A program made the translations under genes and the position numbers. A stretch of 49,761 bases of DNA, taken from the sequence record SRR22947725_1597, one strand, 5' to 3'. How positions within the stretch are numbered: the stretch's first letter is position 1; each line of letters opens with the position of its first letter. This document shows, piece after piece, positions 16,409 to 26,141 of this stretch. The notes beneath the pieces were generated by a model. The model was given only the letters and a program-made list of their open reading frames with translations, did no database searches and was not told where the DNA came from.

Positions 16409-16897
16409 CTATAGAAAATCAAGCGGGCTAAGGTTTTGGTTTGTGAGCTTTTGCAAAACCTCACTATCTCCCGCATCTGCCAATTTCCAGCCGACAGGCG
16501 CAAACTCAACAACCTGGTTGCGGAGCGCATAAACATAGGCTTTAAATGCCTTAACCGCAGCATCAGCGCTATGTTCGCGGCCTTTTACAGGCTCGTCGGC
16601 AGACCCAAACAGCCCTTTTAGCTTGCGCGGCTTGTTTGGTTGTTCAAAGCTAACTCTGTTATAACAAAAGCCCATTACCATCGGCGCTGCGGCTTCTCCA
16701 GCGTTAAGCTCGTCCAAAAATCGCAAAATCGAGCTAATCACGTCCGCAATCTCTTCGGCAGTGATGGGCTGATAAAATTCAGACAAAGTTGCCGCATAAC
16801 CGCGCGCAACCGTGTTCAGATCTAACTGCCGGCTCAGATAGTCTTCGGCGGCGGCAGCGCACGCCGTTTCAAATATCCATTTTGGACAAAAAGACAT
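16409..16897 (-). CDS. Hypothetical protein
   Basis: 162-aa ORF with protein-like composition filling the fliD-flagellin gap. Confidence 0.65.
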   Translation of the reverse strand: MSFCPKWIFETACAAAAEDYLSRQLDLNTVARGYAATLSEFYQPITAEEIADVISSILRFLDELNAGEAAAPMVMGFCYNRVSFEQPNKPRKLKGLFGSADEPVKGREHSADAAVKAFKAYVYALRNQVVEFAPVGWKLADAGDSEVLQKLTNQNLSPLDFL

Positions 16898-16998
16898 TAT
16901 TTCTGCTGACTCACTTTTGAGTTTGTTGATTTGATGATTAAAGCATGTGACTGAAAATATTCAAGCTATTTTCAATTTTTAATAGTTGTAAAAAAAAC

Positions 16999-17024
16999 TA
17001 AATAATTTTTCCTGATGTCGTTCT
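16999..17024 (+). promoter_or_regulatory. Putative sigma28 promoter
   Basis: TAAA-N14-GTCGTTCT. Confidence 0.65.
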
Positions 17025-17079
17025 GAAGCCTGACCAGAAGTGGTTACGGCTATCCAACCAGACATGCAGGAGCAGGTAG

Positions 17080-17898
17080 ATGAACTCTATCGCGACAAAC
17101 GTAGTAGCAGTCCGTGTAGATTACCACGGCAAGAAAAACAATAAAGTTGAGACCGAGGCTTTCACGCGCCTATCCAGCGGTAGGCGCATCACCAACGCAT
17201 CAGATGATGCGGCCGGCTTATTCATTGCTGGCCGCATGAAAGCGCAGATCTCTGGCTTGGAACGCGCTATTCACAATTCATCCGATGGCGTTAGCTTGGT
17301 TAACACAACGGAAGCCAATCTCAACGAAATTCGTAATATGGCACTACGGATGCGCGAAATTGCAGTGCAGATGGCAAACGGTATCTATGTAGACAACCCA
17401 GATCGAGGTTTTGCACAAATTGAAATTGATCAGCTTGTGCAGCAGATAGATCTGATTGCTCAGAATGCCAATTTTAACGGTGTTGCACTTCTTGACGGGA
17501 CCATGCAAAACGTAGGTATCCAAACTGGGCCAACTGCGAATGAGCGCCCTAGCATCTTTTTTAAAGACAACAGTTCATCCGGCCTTGGCGTTGACACTGT
17601 TGACGTCAGCACCCAAGCCAATGCAAAAACTGCGATGGTGACGCTTGAAACAGCGCTGACCTCCATTTCAGATGAATTATCCCGGGCTGGCGCATACGAA
17701 AACCGGTTTAATCATACAATTTCGGTGCTGGAACTGACGACTAAAGCGACAAAGATTGCCCGCGGCCGCATTATGGATGCCGACATAGCAGAAGAGTCAA
17801 CAAAGTTATCCAAAGCACAAGTGTTGTCACAAGCCAACACTGCAATGCTGGCTCAGGCCAATCAGTCCATGAGTAGATTATTGTCACTCTTTAACTAA
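17080..17898 (+). CDS. fliC: Minimal flagellin (272 aa)
   Basis: RLSSGRRITNASDDAAGL, RMREIAVQMANG, GRIMDADIAEE; GGAG RBS. Confidence 0.95.
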   Translation: MNSIATNVVAVRVDYHGKKNNKVETEAFTRLSSGRRITNASDDAAGLFIAGRMKAQISGLERAIHNSSDGVSLVNTTEANLNEIRNMALRMREIAVQMANGIYVDNPDRGFAQIEIDQLVQQIDLIAQNANFNGVALLDGTMQNVGIQTGPTANERPSIFFKDNSSSGLGVDTVDVSTQANAKTAMVTLETALTSISDELSRAGAYENRFNHTISVLELTTKATKIARGRIMDADIAEESTKLSKAQVLSQANTAMLAQANQSMSRLLSLFN

Positions 17899-18017
17899 CT
17901 AAAAATCTAAATTTTCCAAACTAAAAAGCGCATTCAGACGCAGTTTAGAGATGGGAAAATTGCGCCTAGAGAAAATTTTAAGATATTGTTTTTTATCATT
18001 TTTTTTTATTTTTTTAC

Positions 18018-18043
18018 TAAATATTTTTGACCTGTGTCGTTAA
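18018..18043 (+). promoter_or_regulatory. Putative sigma28 promoter
   Basis: TAAA-N14-GTCGTTAA. Confidence 0.7.
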
Positions 18044-18092
18044 AAATAAAGTCCGAGAGGACCGGCTATTCACTAAGTAAGGAGACTTAAAA

Positions 18093-18911
18093 ATGACTGC
18101 CATTAATACAAATGTTGGGGCTTTGAATGCCCGCCTTTACACACTTAACGCCAACCGCTCTCAAGAGACAGCTATGGAACGCTTGTCATCAGGCAGCCGA
18201 GTTAACAGTGCAGCGGATGATGCCGCTGGCTTGGCCGTTGCTGGTAAGATGGAGTCGCAACTTCGCGGCATCAATATGGCAATCCGTAACAACCAAGATG
18301 GCGTCGGCCTCATTCAAACTGCAGAGTCAGGTCTGAACGAAATCCGTAACATGACCTTGCGTATTCGTGAACTGGCTGTGCAGATGGCCAACGGTATCTA
18401 TGAGAACACACCAGATCGCGCGAACGCACAGTTGGAGGTAGCAGCTCTCCTCGAGCAGGTCGACCTGATTGCAGATAACACCAAGTTTAACGACGTAGCA
18501 CTACTTAACGGTACTTTTTCAGCTGTTTCAATCCAAGCTGGTAATACAACTGCTGAGACGATTTCCTTAACTTTTGCAGATTTGGGACAATCTGGCCTTT
18601 CGATCAATGGTGCTTCAATTGCAACGCAAGCAAGCGCAACAACTGTGATTGGGACCATGGATGCTGCATTGCAAACCATTTCTCAGGAGCAAGCTACGAT
18701 GGGTTCATTGCAAAACCGCCTGAATTACTCAATCTCTAATTTGAGCAGAGCCAGCGTAATGACAGAGCAGGCTTTGGGCCGCATCATGGATGCTGACTTT
18801 GCTGCAGAGTCAACCGCCTTATCGAAATCTCAGATTTTGAACCAGGCAGCGACATCAATGCTGGCTCAAGCAAACCAGTCAAAGCAAATGTTGCTTCAGT
18901 TAATCCAGTAG
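18093..18911 (+). CDS. fliC: Minimal flagellin (272 aa)
   Basis: INTNVGAL, RLSSGSRVNSAADDAAGLA, GRIMDADFAAE; AAGGAG RBS. Confidence 0.97.
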   Translation: MTAINTNVGALNARLYTLNANRSQETAMERLSSGSRVNSAADDAAGLAVAGKMESQLRGINMAIRNNQDGVGLIQTAESGLNEIRNMTLRIRELAVQMANGIYENTPDRANAQLEVAALLEQVDLIADNTKFNDVALLNGTFSAVSIQAGNTTAETISLTFADLGQSGLSINGASIATQASATTVIGTMDAALQTISQEQATMGSLQNRLNYSISNLSRASVMTEQALGRIMDADFAAESTALSKSQILNQAATSMLAQANQSKQMLLQLIQ

Positions 18912-18920
18912 TAGCCGAAA

Positions 18921-18948
18921 AGCCGGGGCAGGATTACTTGCCCCGGCT
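18921..18948 (+). terminator. GC-rich stem-loop after flagellin (terminator or stabiliser)
   Basis: AGCCGGGGCA-N8-TGCCCCGGCT; no U-tract follows. Confidence 0.6.
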
Positions 18949-18997
18949 CCACTAAAAGCAAAAATGATGCCAAAATCATTTTTTTTCATTTTTTTTT

Positions 18998-19023
18998 TAA
19001 AAAAAGTTTTTCTCGGTCGTTCT
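18998..19023 (+). promoter_or_regulatory. Putative sigma28 promoter
   Basis: TAAA-N14-GTCGTTCT. Confidence 0.65.
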
Positions 19024-19055
19024 ACTAATCGGAATGATTTGGGAAAGGTAAGTTT

Positions 19056-19874
19056 ATGACTTCTATTAACACAAATGTCGGTGCCCTGAACGCTCGTGCC
19101 AGCGCGGTACGAGCAACAGGCAAAATGGAAACCTCGATGGAACGGCTCTCATCGGGGTTACGTATCAACAGCGCGGCAGATGATGCGGCGGGTTTGGCTG
19201 TGGCGGGTAAGATGGAATCGCAGCTTCGCGGTATCAATATGTCCATCCGGAATTCGCAGGATGGTGTCGGTCTCATCCAGACTGGCGAGTCCGGTTTGAA
19301 TGAAATTCGCAACATGGTTCTCCGTATTCGCGAACTCGCCGTTCAGATGGCCAACGGTATTTATGAAAACACTCCAGACCGCGCAAATGCCCAGTTAGAG
19401 GTTGCTGCACTCCTTGAACAAGTTGATCTGATTGCAGAGAACACTAAGTTCAACGATGTGGCTCTTCTCGATGGGAATTTTTCAGGTGTGACCATTCAAG
19501 CCGGTAACACGACTGCTGAAACGATTTCGATTACTTTCGCCGATGTCGGACAGACTGGCCTATCGATAAATGGAGCCTCGATTGCGACGCAAGCTAGTGC
19601 AACAACTGTTATTGGGACTATGGACTCAGCATTGCAGACAATTGCCAGCGAGCAAGCAACAATGGGTTCTTTGATCAACAGACTTAACTTCTCAGTCTCG
19701 AACCTAAGTAAAGCCTCCGTTATGACTGAACAGGCCATTGGCCGCGTCATGGATGCAGATTTTGCTGCTGAGACAACGCAATTGTCAAAGCAGCAAATTC
19801 TAAACCAAGCAGCCACATCTATGTTGGCCCAAGCAAATCAGTCGAAGCAATCTATCCTCGCCCTACTCCAATAG
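19056..19874 (+). CDS. fliC: Minimal flagellin (272 aa)
   Basis: INTNVGAL, RLSSGLRINSAADDAAGLA, GRVMDADFAAE. Confidence 0.97.
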   Translation: MTSINTNVGALNARASAVRATGKMETSMERLSSGLRINSAADDAAGLAVAGKMESQLRGINMSIRNSQDGVGLIQTGESGLNEIRNMVLRIRELAVQMANGIYENTPDRANAQLEVAALLEQVDLIAENTKFNDVALLDGNFSGVTIQAGNTTAETISITFADVGQTGLSINGASIATQASATTVIGTMDSALQTIASEQATMGSLINRLNFSVSNLSKASVMTEQAIGRVMDADFAAETTQLSKQQILNQAATSMLAQANQSKQSILALLQ

Positions 19875-19899
19875 GAGTTAGAGCTGGGTGGGTAGCCGC

Positions 19900-19932
19900 G
19901 AGGGGGAAAGGGGACTTTCCCCCTCATTTTTT
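19900..19932 (+). terminator. Rho-independent terminator
   Basis: GAGGGGGAAAG-GGGA-CTTTCCCCCTC followed by ATTTTTT. Confidence 0.85.
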
Positions 19933-19976
19933 ACGTCTAAAACCAACCATGCGCAGAATTCATCACCACCAGCCAT

Positions 19977-19992
19977 TGGCATAAGATTTGCA
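19977..19992 (+). promoter_or_regulatory. Sigma54 promoter of maf operon
   Basis: TGGCAT-AAGAT-TTGCA. Confidence 0.75.
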
Positions 19993-20023
19993 AATAAAGA
20001 TGTCCAGTTGAGAGGCATCAAAA

Positions 20024-21868
20024 ATGCAAGCCAATTCAGATGACAAGCGGCGAAGGATCATTGATGGTCTAGATCATATTGATCTTCATCTTCACAATAT
20101 CAATATCGACAATAGTGAGGATAAAGCCCGGCAACTGATGGATTATCGGCGGCAGCTTCTGGCAGATCTTACATCACTTCCGCCAGTCAATGTAGCCTCT
20201 AGGCATTACCCGGGCTGTTTAAAATACGAGCCCACTACGGTGGTAGCTGAACAGGTAAAAAAATGGCGCACTCGAGTAATTCAATTTGAACCGGATCAGC
20301 GCTCATTTAAAAATCCTAACTTTTGCGACCAGTTTTTAGACAGTATTCTGCCAGAAACATGGAATTTTAGTTCCGATGTGATGGTAATCTCTGCTCCACT
20401 GTCAAATACGATAATTTCAAAGGCAATCCTTCGTAATCAAAGCCATATTGTGATCTTTGACTATCACAAGTGTATCGATGAGCAAGCAATTACTCGCCCA
20501 TCAAACGCCAATGTAGTTCTTTGCCAAACAATCTCAGATGTAGAAATCGCCTTTGCAAAGCTGCAAACGCCTGCCGAACGAGTCATAACGGTTCCCTGCT
20601 CGATTGACGCAAAATTTTTGACAAAAACAAAAGACCGCCTGTCTGAAGCAATCCAAAAAGGAAAAATAAACCGTATCGCCAACACAGTCACTGCCAATAG
20701 GTTTGGCGCACCATGGTCGAAGAACCTCTTACACAACCTACCCATCATAGCCAACGCGCCTAACATACACCAACTCACGGTTAAGGGCGTGAAAGATGCC
20801 GTTATCGTGGCATCAGGGCCTTCATTAAATAGAAATATTCATACACTTGCTAAAATTCAAGATCGAGTTTTTATAGTTGCTGCTTTGCGGTCTCTTAAAA
20901 TACTAAATGACGCGAACATCAAACCAGATCTAGTTATTCAGTTGGATGCAGAAGACGATAATGTCGCTAGAGAGTTTTCAACCAAACTAGACATTGAAAT
21001 CGAAAACTTCTTGGTTGATCTTACCATCAACCCGTGGTTTCTAAAATCAAATGCAAAAAACTTAATCTGGTCTTATCCATCATTATTTGACGACATCAGC
21101 AGACGGTTTGGCGTTGCCCCCACACCTTTTGACGCGCCTAGTGTCGCAATATACGGTCTGATGCTTTGCTACCAACTTGGTTTTGAGTCTTTATGTTTTA
21201 TTGGACAAGACTTAGCTTCATCTGAAAGATTGCAATATGCGAGAGGAGCAACATCGCTGCTACCTGCCCACAACGATATAACAACATTTGATATCGAAAT
21301 TGATGGCTTCTACGGCAACAAGGTGATGACCAGAGGTGCATACCATATTCAGCTTTTGCGCTGTGAGCATGTCGCCACAGAACTCAATTTAAAAGCACCG
21401 CAGTTACGGCTTTTTAATGCAACAGAGGGTGGTGCCTATATCAACGGGTTTAAACACATAAGCCTGTCAGAGTTCGCATCCACCCGAGACCTCAATAGCA
21501 GTCGTCATGTTAAGCAACTGATGTGGGAGTCAGGCACACAAATTAAACCAACGCATCTTGCGGATTATCTGGCTCATATAAGTGATACGATGGACGAGAT
21601 AACCACCATTGCAAATGCAATTATCAAGCTGGATAAAGCACCGAAAAAAAGTCTGGATGAAGATAGAGCGCTCGCTGAATTGGTCGAAAAATTCCGATTC
21701 TTAAATAGCACGACCTCTCTGCTACAAGTCGCGATGCAGGAGGAAATTTCATCTGTTATTGGCACGTCAAGCGACAACTGTCGTGACTCTAGCTTATCAG
21801 GTTTTTTTAGAGAAGTCCTTCGGCATACTGAAACTTTAAAATCAATTGCCCTGATGCCGAGTAAGTAA
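20024..21868 (+). CDS. Motility-associated factor (Maf/DUF115) flagellin glycosyltransferase
   Basis: AVIVASGPSL, IKPDLVIQLD, FIGQDLA, FNATEGGAYINGF; adjacent to flagellins. Confidence 0.85.
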   Translation: MQANSDDKRRRIIDGLDHIDLHLHNINIDNSEDKARQLMDYRRQLLADLTSLPPVNVASRHYPGCLKYEPTTVVAEQVKKWRTRVIQFEPDQRSFKNPNFCDQFLDSILPETWNFSSDVMVISAPLSNTIISKAILRNQSHIVIFDYHKCIDEQAITRPSNANVVLCQTISDVEIAFAKLQTPAERVITVPCSIDAKFLTKTKDRLSEAIQKGKINRIANTVTANRFGAPWSKNLLHNLPIIANAPNIHQLTVKGVKDAVIVASGPSLNRNIHTLAKIQDRVFIVAALRSLKILNDANIKPDLVIQLDAEDDNVAREFSTKLDIEIENFLVDLTINPWFLKSNAKNLIWSYPSLFDDISRRFGVAPTPFDAPSVAIYGLMLCYQLGFESLCFIGQDLASSERLQYARGATSLLPAHNDITTFDIEIDGFYGNKVMTRGAYHIQLLRCEHVATELNLKAPQLRLFNATEGGAYINGFKHISLSEFASTRDLNSSRHVKQLMWESGTQIKPTHLADYLAHISDTMDEITTIANAIIKLDKAPKKSLDEDRALAELVEKFRFLNSTTSLLQVAMQEEISSVIGTSSDNCRDSSLSGFFREVLRHTETLKSIALMPSK

Positions 21869-21869
21869 C

Positions 21870-23525
21870 ATGGCATCTTTTTGGCAAAAAAATCCAGACA
21901 TGAATGGTTTTGATAATCAAGAAAATGCGCTGCAAAACATCATTTTTAGTGATAATGTTTACACGCTCCATAAAACAAAACTCGAACACGCCGACGCACT
22001 GAACAGCCAAAATAAGCTGGAAAAGGCCTATAGAATTTACAAAGCCATACTTGAAGAGGCTCCGAGGCATCCTGGCGCTCTATTCGGCATAGGTCTAATC
22101 CTTGAAAAACAACAGAAATTTGACCTAGCGCTCCAATTTCTGTCCAAAGCAATCGAGTCCGACCCAAGCAAAATTCAAGCCCTATTGACGCGTGGTCGCA
22201 TTTTCCGCCTGCAAGGCATGTCTGAGAATGCCATTTCTGATTTTACGGAGGTCATCTCAAATCAGTCAAATAATTCTGAGGCACTGATCGCGCGAGGCAT
22301 AACATTTGGCCAAACCAGCCAGGTCGATGCTGCAATTGATGATTTTAGTTCAGCGGTCAGGATTAATCCGAACTGTGCTGAAGCATTTTTCAACCGGGGT
22401 GTAGCTTATGAAAAACTGCACCAATTCAAGTCTGCGATTAAAGACTATTCAATTGCAATAAAGCTTAATCCACATGACTATAGAGCATATAACAATAGAG
22501 GCGTTGCAAGACGTGAAACAAAATGTTTTGGCGACGCGCTCGAGGATTTTGACAAATGCATTGAACTTAACCCTGAATTTGCTGAGGGGTATTACAACAA
22601 ATCGCTCACCTTATTGTCAGTTGGCAATTTAAAAGAGGGTTTTAGACTTTATGAATACCGTTGGAAGACTAAGCATTTTCAATCACAGGTGAGATATTTT
22701 TCACAACCATTGTGGCTGGGCGATGAGGATCTTAACGGCAAAACAATTCTTCTTCACAGTGAACAAGGTCTTGGCGATAGCATTCAATACTGCCGGTACT
22801 TGAATTTTTTTACCCAAATGGGATGCAAAGTTCTCTTGGAAGTTGAAGATTCCTTGCATTCATTAATGCACACCTTTTTGCCAAAAAACCAAATTTATTC
22901 AAAAGGCACTCTGTTGGATGAATTTGATTATCACTGTCCACTGATGAGTCTCCCACTGGCCTTTGAAAAAACTGTGTCACCCACACGTTGGCAAACCCCA
23001 TATATCAAAGTTTCTGAAAAAACTAAATCTGAGTGGTTTAACAAGCTTGGAGCAAAAACAAAACCGAGGGTTGGGATATGCTGGCGAGGAAATAAGGAAC
23101 ACCCGAAAGACTGGCGGCGAAGTATAAATATCAGAGATGTTGTCGACAAATTACCGACGACAGCTGAATTGGTTTGTTTGCAGAATGACGTTTCCGAGGC
23201 AGAGCAGCGTATTTTCAAGAATACAAGTCTAATATGCCTTAACAGATACATGGGAGACTTTGCATCCACGGCAGGTTTGTGCGCAAACCTTGATGCTGTA
23301 GTCACAGTTGATACCAGTATTGGCCATCTCGCTGGAGCAATTGGTGTTCCCACACACCTAGTATTGGGTTACCCATGTGATTTTAGGTGGCTCAATAATG
23401 GTACATCGACACCGTGGTACGAAAATCATTACCTTCACAGGGCTACTCAAAAAATTAAAATGCCCAATTTATTTTCGCGAACACTCGAAGTGGTTTGCAA
23501 CGACCTCTCCAAGAACAATGCTTAA
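21870..23525 (+). CDS. TPR-repeat glycosyltransferase (GT9-like C-terminus)
   Basis: Multiple TPRs (AYNNRG), YEYRW, EQGLGD, PLMSLP, VDTSIGHLAGAIG, TPWY. Confidence 0.88.
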   Translation: MASFWQKNPDMNGFDNQENALQNIIFSDNVYTLHKTKLEHADALNSQNKLEKAYRIYKAILEEAPRHPGALFGIGLILEKQQKFDLALQFLSKAIESDPSKIQALLTRGRIFRLQGMSENAISDFTEVISNQSNNSEALIARGITFGQTSQVDAAIDDFSSAVRINPNCAEAFFNRGVAYEKLHQFKSAIKDYSIAIKLNPHDYRAYNNRGVARRETKCFGDALEDFDKCIELNPEFAEGYYNKSLTLLSVGNLKEGFRLYEYRWKTKHFQSQVRYFSQPLWLGDEDLNGKTILLHSEQGLGDSIQYCRYLNFFTQMGCKVLLEVEDSLHSLMHTFLPKNQIYSKGTLLDEFDYHCPLMSLPLAFEKTVSPTRWQTPYIKVSEKTKSEWFNKLGAKTKPRVGICWRGNKEHPKDWRRSINIRDVVDKLPTTAELVCLQNDVSEAEQRIFKNTSLICLNRYMGDFASTAGLCANLDAVVTVDTSIGHLAGAIGVPTHLVLGYPCDFRWLNNGTSTPWYENHYLHRATQKIKMPNLFSRTLEVVCNDLSKNNA

Positions 23526-23581
23526 CGACTGCGTAAACGGGCAAGTATTTCTCACAGAATTTTAAATTAACGGGTAAGCAA

Positions 23582-24595
23582 ATGACAACAAACCGCGCAT
23601 TAAAATCAGAACGACTGGCAGTGATATACCATTATTTTGAACTGGATGATGAATACAGAGATAATTTTTTATTTTTCTTAAACATCGGCATAAATAACCA
23701 TGCACATTACTTCATATACATATCTGGCACCTGTTCAGTAAACCTGCCTGTATTGCCGAACGTAGAGGTCACATACATAGAGAATAAGAATTTTGACTTT
23801 GGAGCTCAATGCGAATTTAGCAAGCGGGATGATTGCTTGGATTATGACGCATATATCTTTATTAATTCGTCTATGAGGGGGCCATTCTTACCTGAATACC
23901 ATGCTAAGGCTTGGCAATCGGTCTATACGGAAAAGCTAAAAGAAAAAGTTGTACTTGTTGGCAGTTCAATAAATCTATTACCGGAAAACTCTGATGCCTC
24001 CCAACAATTTGCGAGGGCGACCAAGTATGCTGCGCCCTTTATACATGTGCAGACAACCGCCTATGCAATGTCTTGTGAAGCCTACAGGATAATGCATAAC
24101 CAAGGTTTCTATGATGTCAGTCATGCGCTGACAAAACTCGGCACTATTTGCTACTACGAACTAGGGCTGTCCCAAGAGCTATTGAATAAAGGGTATAAGA
24201 TTGCTTCACTCCTCCCTACGTACAACGAATTTTGTATAGAAAAAAGAACGCTCGATTATAAGAATAGCTTAAAAAATGGCGACCCCTCACACAAGTCAGT
24301 ATTTTACGGTCGAAGTGCATCGCCGTTCGAGATCCTTTTTGTAAAAACCAAAAGACGCGCATTAAGCAAAGTCGAATTAAATTCATATACATTTACTGCA
24401 CTAGCAATTGCGAAACGAAACTTTGGAATCTCCTGCGATGGTTTGGCGCTTATGAGGCAAGCACACAACGCAGCACTGTCAGGTAATAAGGCTGATGAGA
24501 AAATAGACATAAGTTTAGCTGACATTCAAAAAATGCTTACCCAAATCAAACACAATATGCCAGATGTCGCGTTACAACTTAAAAAAATATTGTGA
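23582..24595 (+). CDS. Putative glycan biosynthesis protein (RgpF-like motifs)
   Basis: ENKNFDFGA, YIFINSSMRGPF, HVQT, YELGLSQ, PFEILFVK. Confidence 0.6.
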   Translation: MTTNRALKSERLAVIYHYFELDDEYRDNFLFFLNIGINNHAHYFIYISGTCSVNLPVLPNVEVTYIENKNFDFGAQCEFSKRDDCLDYDAYIFINSSMRGPFLPEYHAKAWQSVYTEKLKEKVVLVGSSINLLPENSDASQQFARATKYAAPFIHVQTTAYAMSCEAYRIMHNQGFYDVSHALTKLGTICYYELGLSQELLNKGYKIASLLPTYNEFCIEKRTLDYKNSLKNGDPSHKSVFYGRSASPFEILFVKTKRRALSKVELNSYTFTALAIAKRNFGISCDGLALMRQAHNAALSGNKADEKIDISLADIQKMLTQIKHNMPDVALQLKKIL

Positions 24596-25160
24596 GATAT
24601 TTAGCCAAAAATGCCAATTTAATCGTTCAACTTACTGTACCTAACGTTCACCAAAGAAGTGCCCGACGCCAAGACTTCAGGAACAATCGTCTAATCACCA
24701 GTCTGCAGCAATTGAACAATTTGTTGTTATCACGCCAGCAGCGAGTGTCTGAGTGGGTGACCCATATCGGACATAAGCAAGGTAATTCTGCAAACACCTG
24801 ACTTGTTTGAGTTTCTAGAATTGGCCAAGTTGATTGACATTCACATCGTGCACCTGACCCTTGCTGTTGGCCAATCTACGCATATTGCTTTGGTCACGAC
24901 TCTCGATTTCCGCTGCTTTGCAAATGAAACCAGCTCTCCTTTAGACCCCAGCCGTCAACCTTACCACAAAGCGTCCAATCAGGAGATATTAGACCTATTT
25001 ATAGTTGCGAGCAGAAATGTCTTTGACAAAGACAAACAACAGAAATTCAACATGGCCAACTCTTTCATGGAACAGCAGTAACTAAAATCCCACGATTGTC
25101 GCCACTTAGATTTTTCCATGAAATTATCTGGTAAATCCATAAATCAAATTATTCCACGAT

Positions 25161-25176
25161 TGGTATAAATATTGCG
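25161..25176 (+). promoter_or_regulatory. Putative sigma54 promoter
   Basis: TGGTAT-AAATA-TTGCG (GG-N10-GC). Confidence 0.5.
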
Positions 25177-25246
25177 TGTTAGGCAGTTACAGATGTTTTA
25201 GAAATCTAGTGCCAATCTTTAGGCAAAAATACCAGAAGGATTTAAG

Positions 25247-26095
25247 TTGCAAAAAATCAATATCGTACACCTTGGCCCATCAGAATTTTTTGATCGAAAA
25301 AGTGATATCATATACGGGCTTTATCATGCCCTTAGATCAATCGGCTTCGATACATCTATCACACAAAATCAATTTAACGGGGAAAGCCTGAATCTGTTGA
25401 TTGGCTCCGACGTAATCGCTGGAGACGTTAATGCTGTTTCGCAGTTGTTTTCGTCACAAATGGACTATGCCATCTACGAGGTGGAAAACTACAACGGAAA
25501 AACAGTTAATTATCGACCACAATTCAACCTACTTAATTATAACAGATTGTTAACCAATGCCCAAATGATAATCACCCCTTACCTTTACAACATTCCATAT
25601 TTAAGAGATGTGGCTGGGAAGGGAAAAGTAGTTTATGCCAAATGGGGCTTTCATGAAAACATGATCAGGTCAGATATACAGCGAACTGATCAGCATGAAA
25701 ACGATGCGCTTTTCATTGGCTTGATCAAGGGAGACCGACAAAAAAAACTTGCAGATTTAATGCACCATGGCAGCACTAAAGTAAGAATATTGCAGGCGAG
25801 TGATCCTTTCACTATGCGCGACTATGCAGTTGCAAACTCCAAGTTTGGGCTCTCTCTATCATATGGAAATACTGACGACTTTGTTAACCCATTCAGATTG
25901 TATTACATGGCTTCAAATGGCATGCATGTTATTGGTGACCATTCAAAAGATGACGACGGGTACATGAACATGTGTGAGCGGGTTAGCTTCGACCAAATCA
26001 ACAGCAGAATTCAGGGCCCTTCGCCAAATCAAAATGACATTGTTGAAAAATGCCGCCTTAATGACCTCGCTCATAATTTAAGAAGTATTTTTTAA
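25247..26095 (+). CDS. Hypothetical, possibly GT-B fold glycosyltransferase
   Basis: 282 aa, TTG start with AGGA; DALFIG..R and FRLYY..SNG motifs. Confidence 0.55.
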   Translation: MQKINIVHLGPSEFFDRKSDIIYGLYHALRSIGFDTSITQNQFNGESLNLLIGSDVIAGDVNAVSQLFSSQMDYAIYEVENYNGKTVNYRPQFNLLNYNRLLTNAQMIITPYLYNIPYLRDVAGKGKVVYAKWGFHENMIRSDIQRTDQHENDALFIGLIKGDRQKKLADLMHHGSTKVRILQASDPFTMRDYAVANSKFGLSLSYGNTDDFVNPFRLYYMASNGMHVIGDHSKDDDGYMNMCERVSFDQINSRIQGPSPNQNDIVEKCRLNDLAHNLRSIF

Positions 26096-26141
26096 ATACA
26101 AAAATTCATCAAAAAGGTCCTACGCCAAACAAACCCAGAGG

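Noticed and set aside
17989-19001. Poly-T/A tracts upstream of flagellin promoters as phase-variation switches
   Set aside because: Mostly upstream of -35 and explained as AT-rich UP elements; no evidence of slippage.
24596-25160. Long gap with ORFs 24592..24801 and 24803..25081
   Set aside because: No recognisable motifs, repeats or RNA structure; cannot support a gene or pseudogene.
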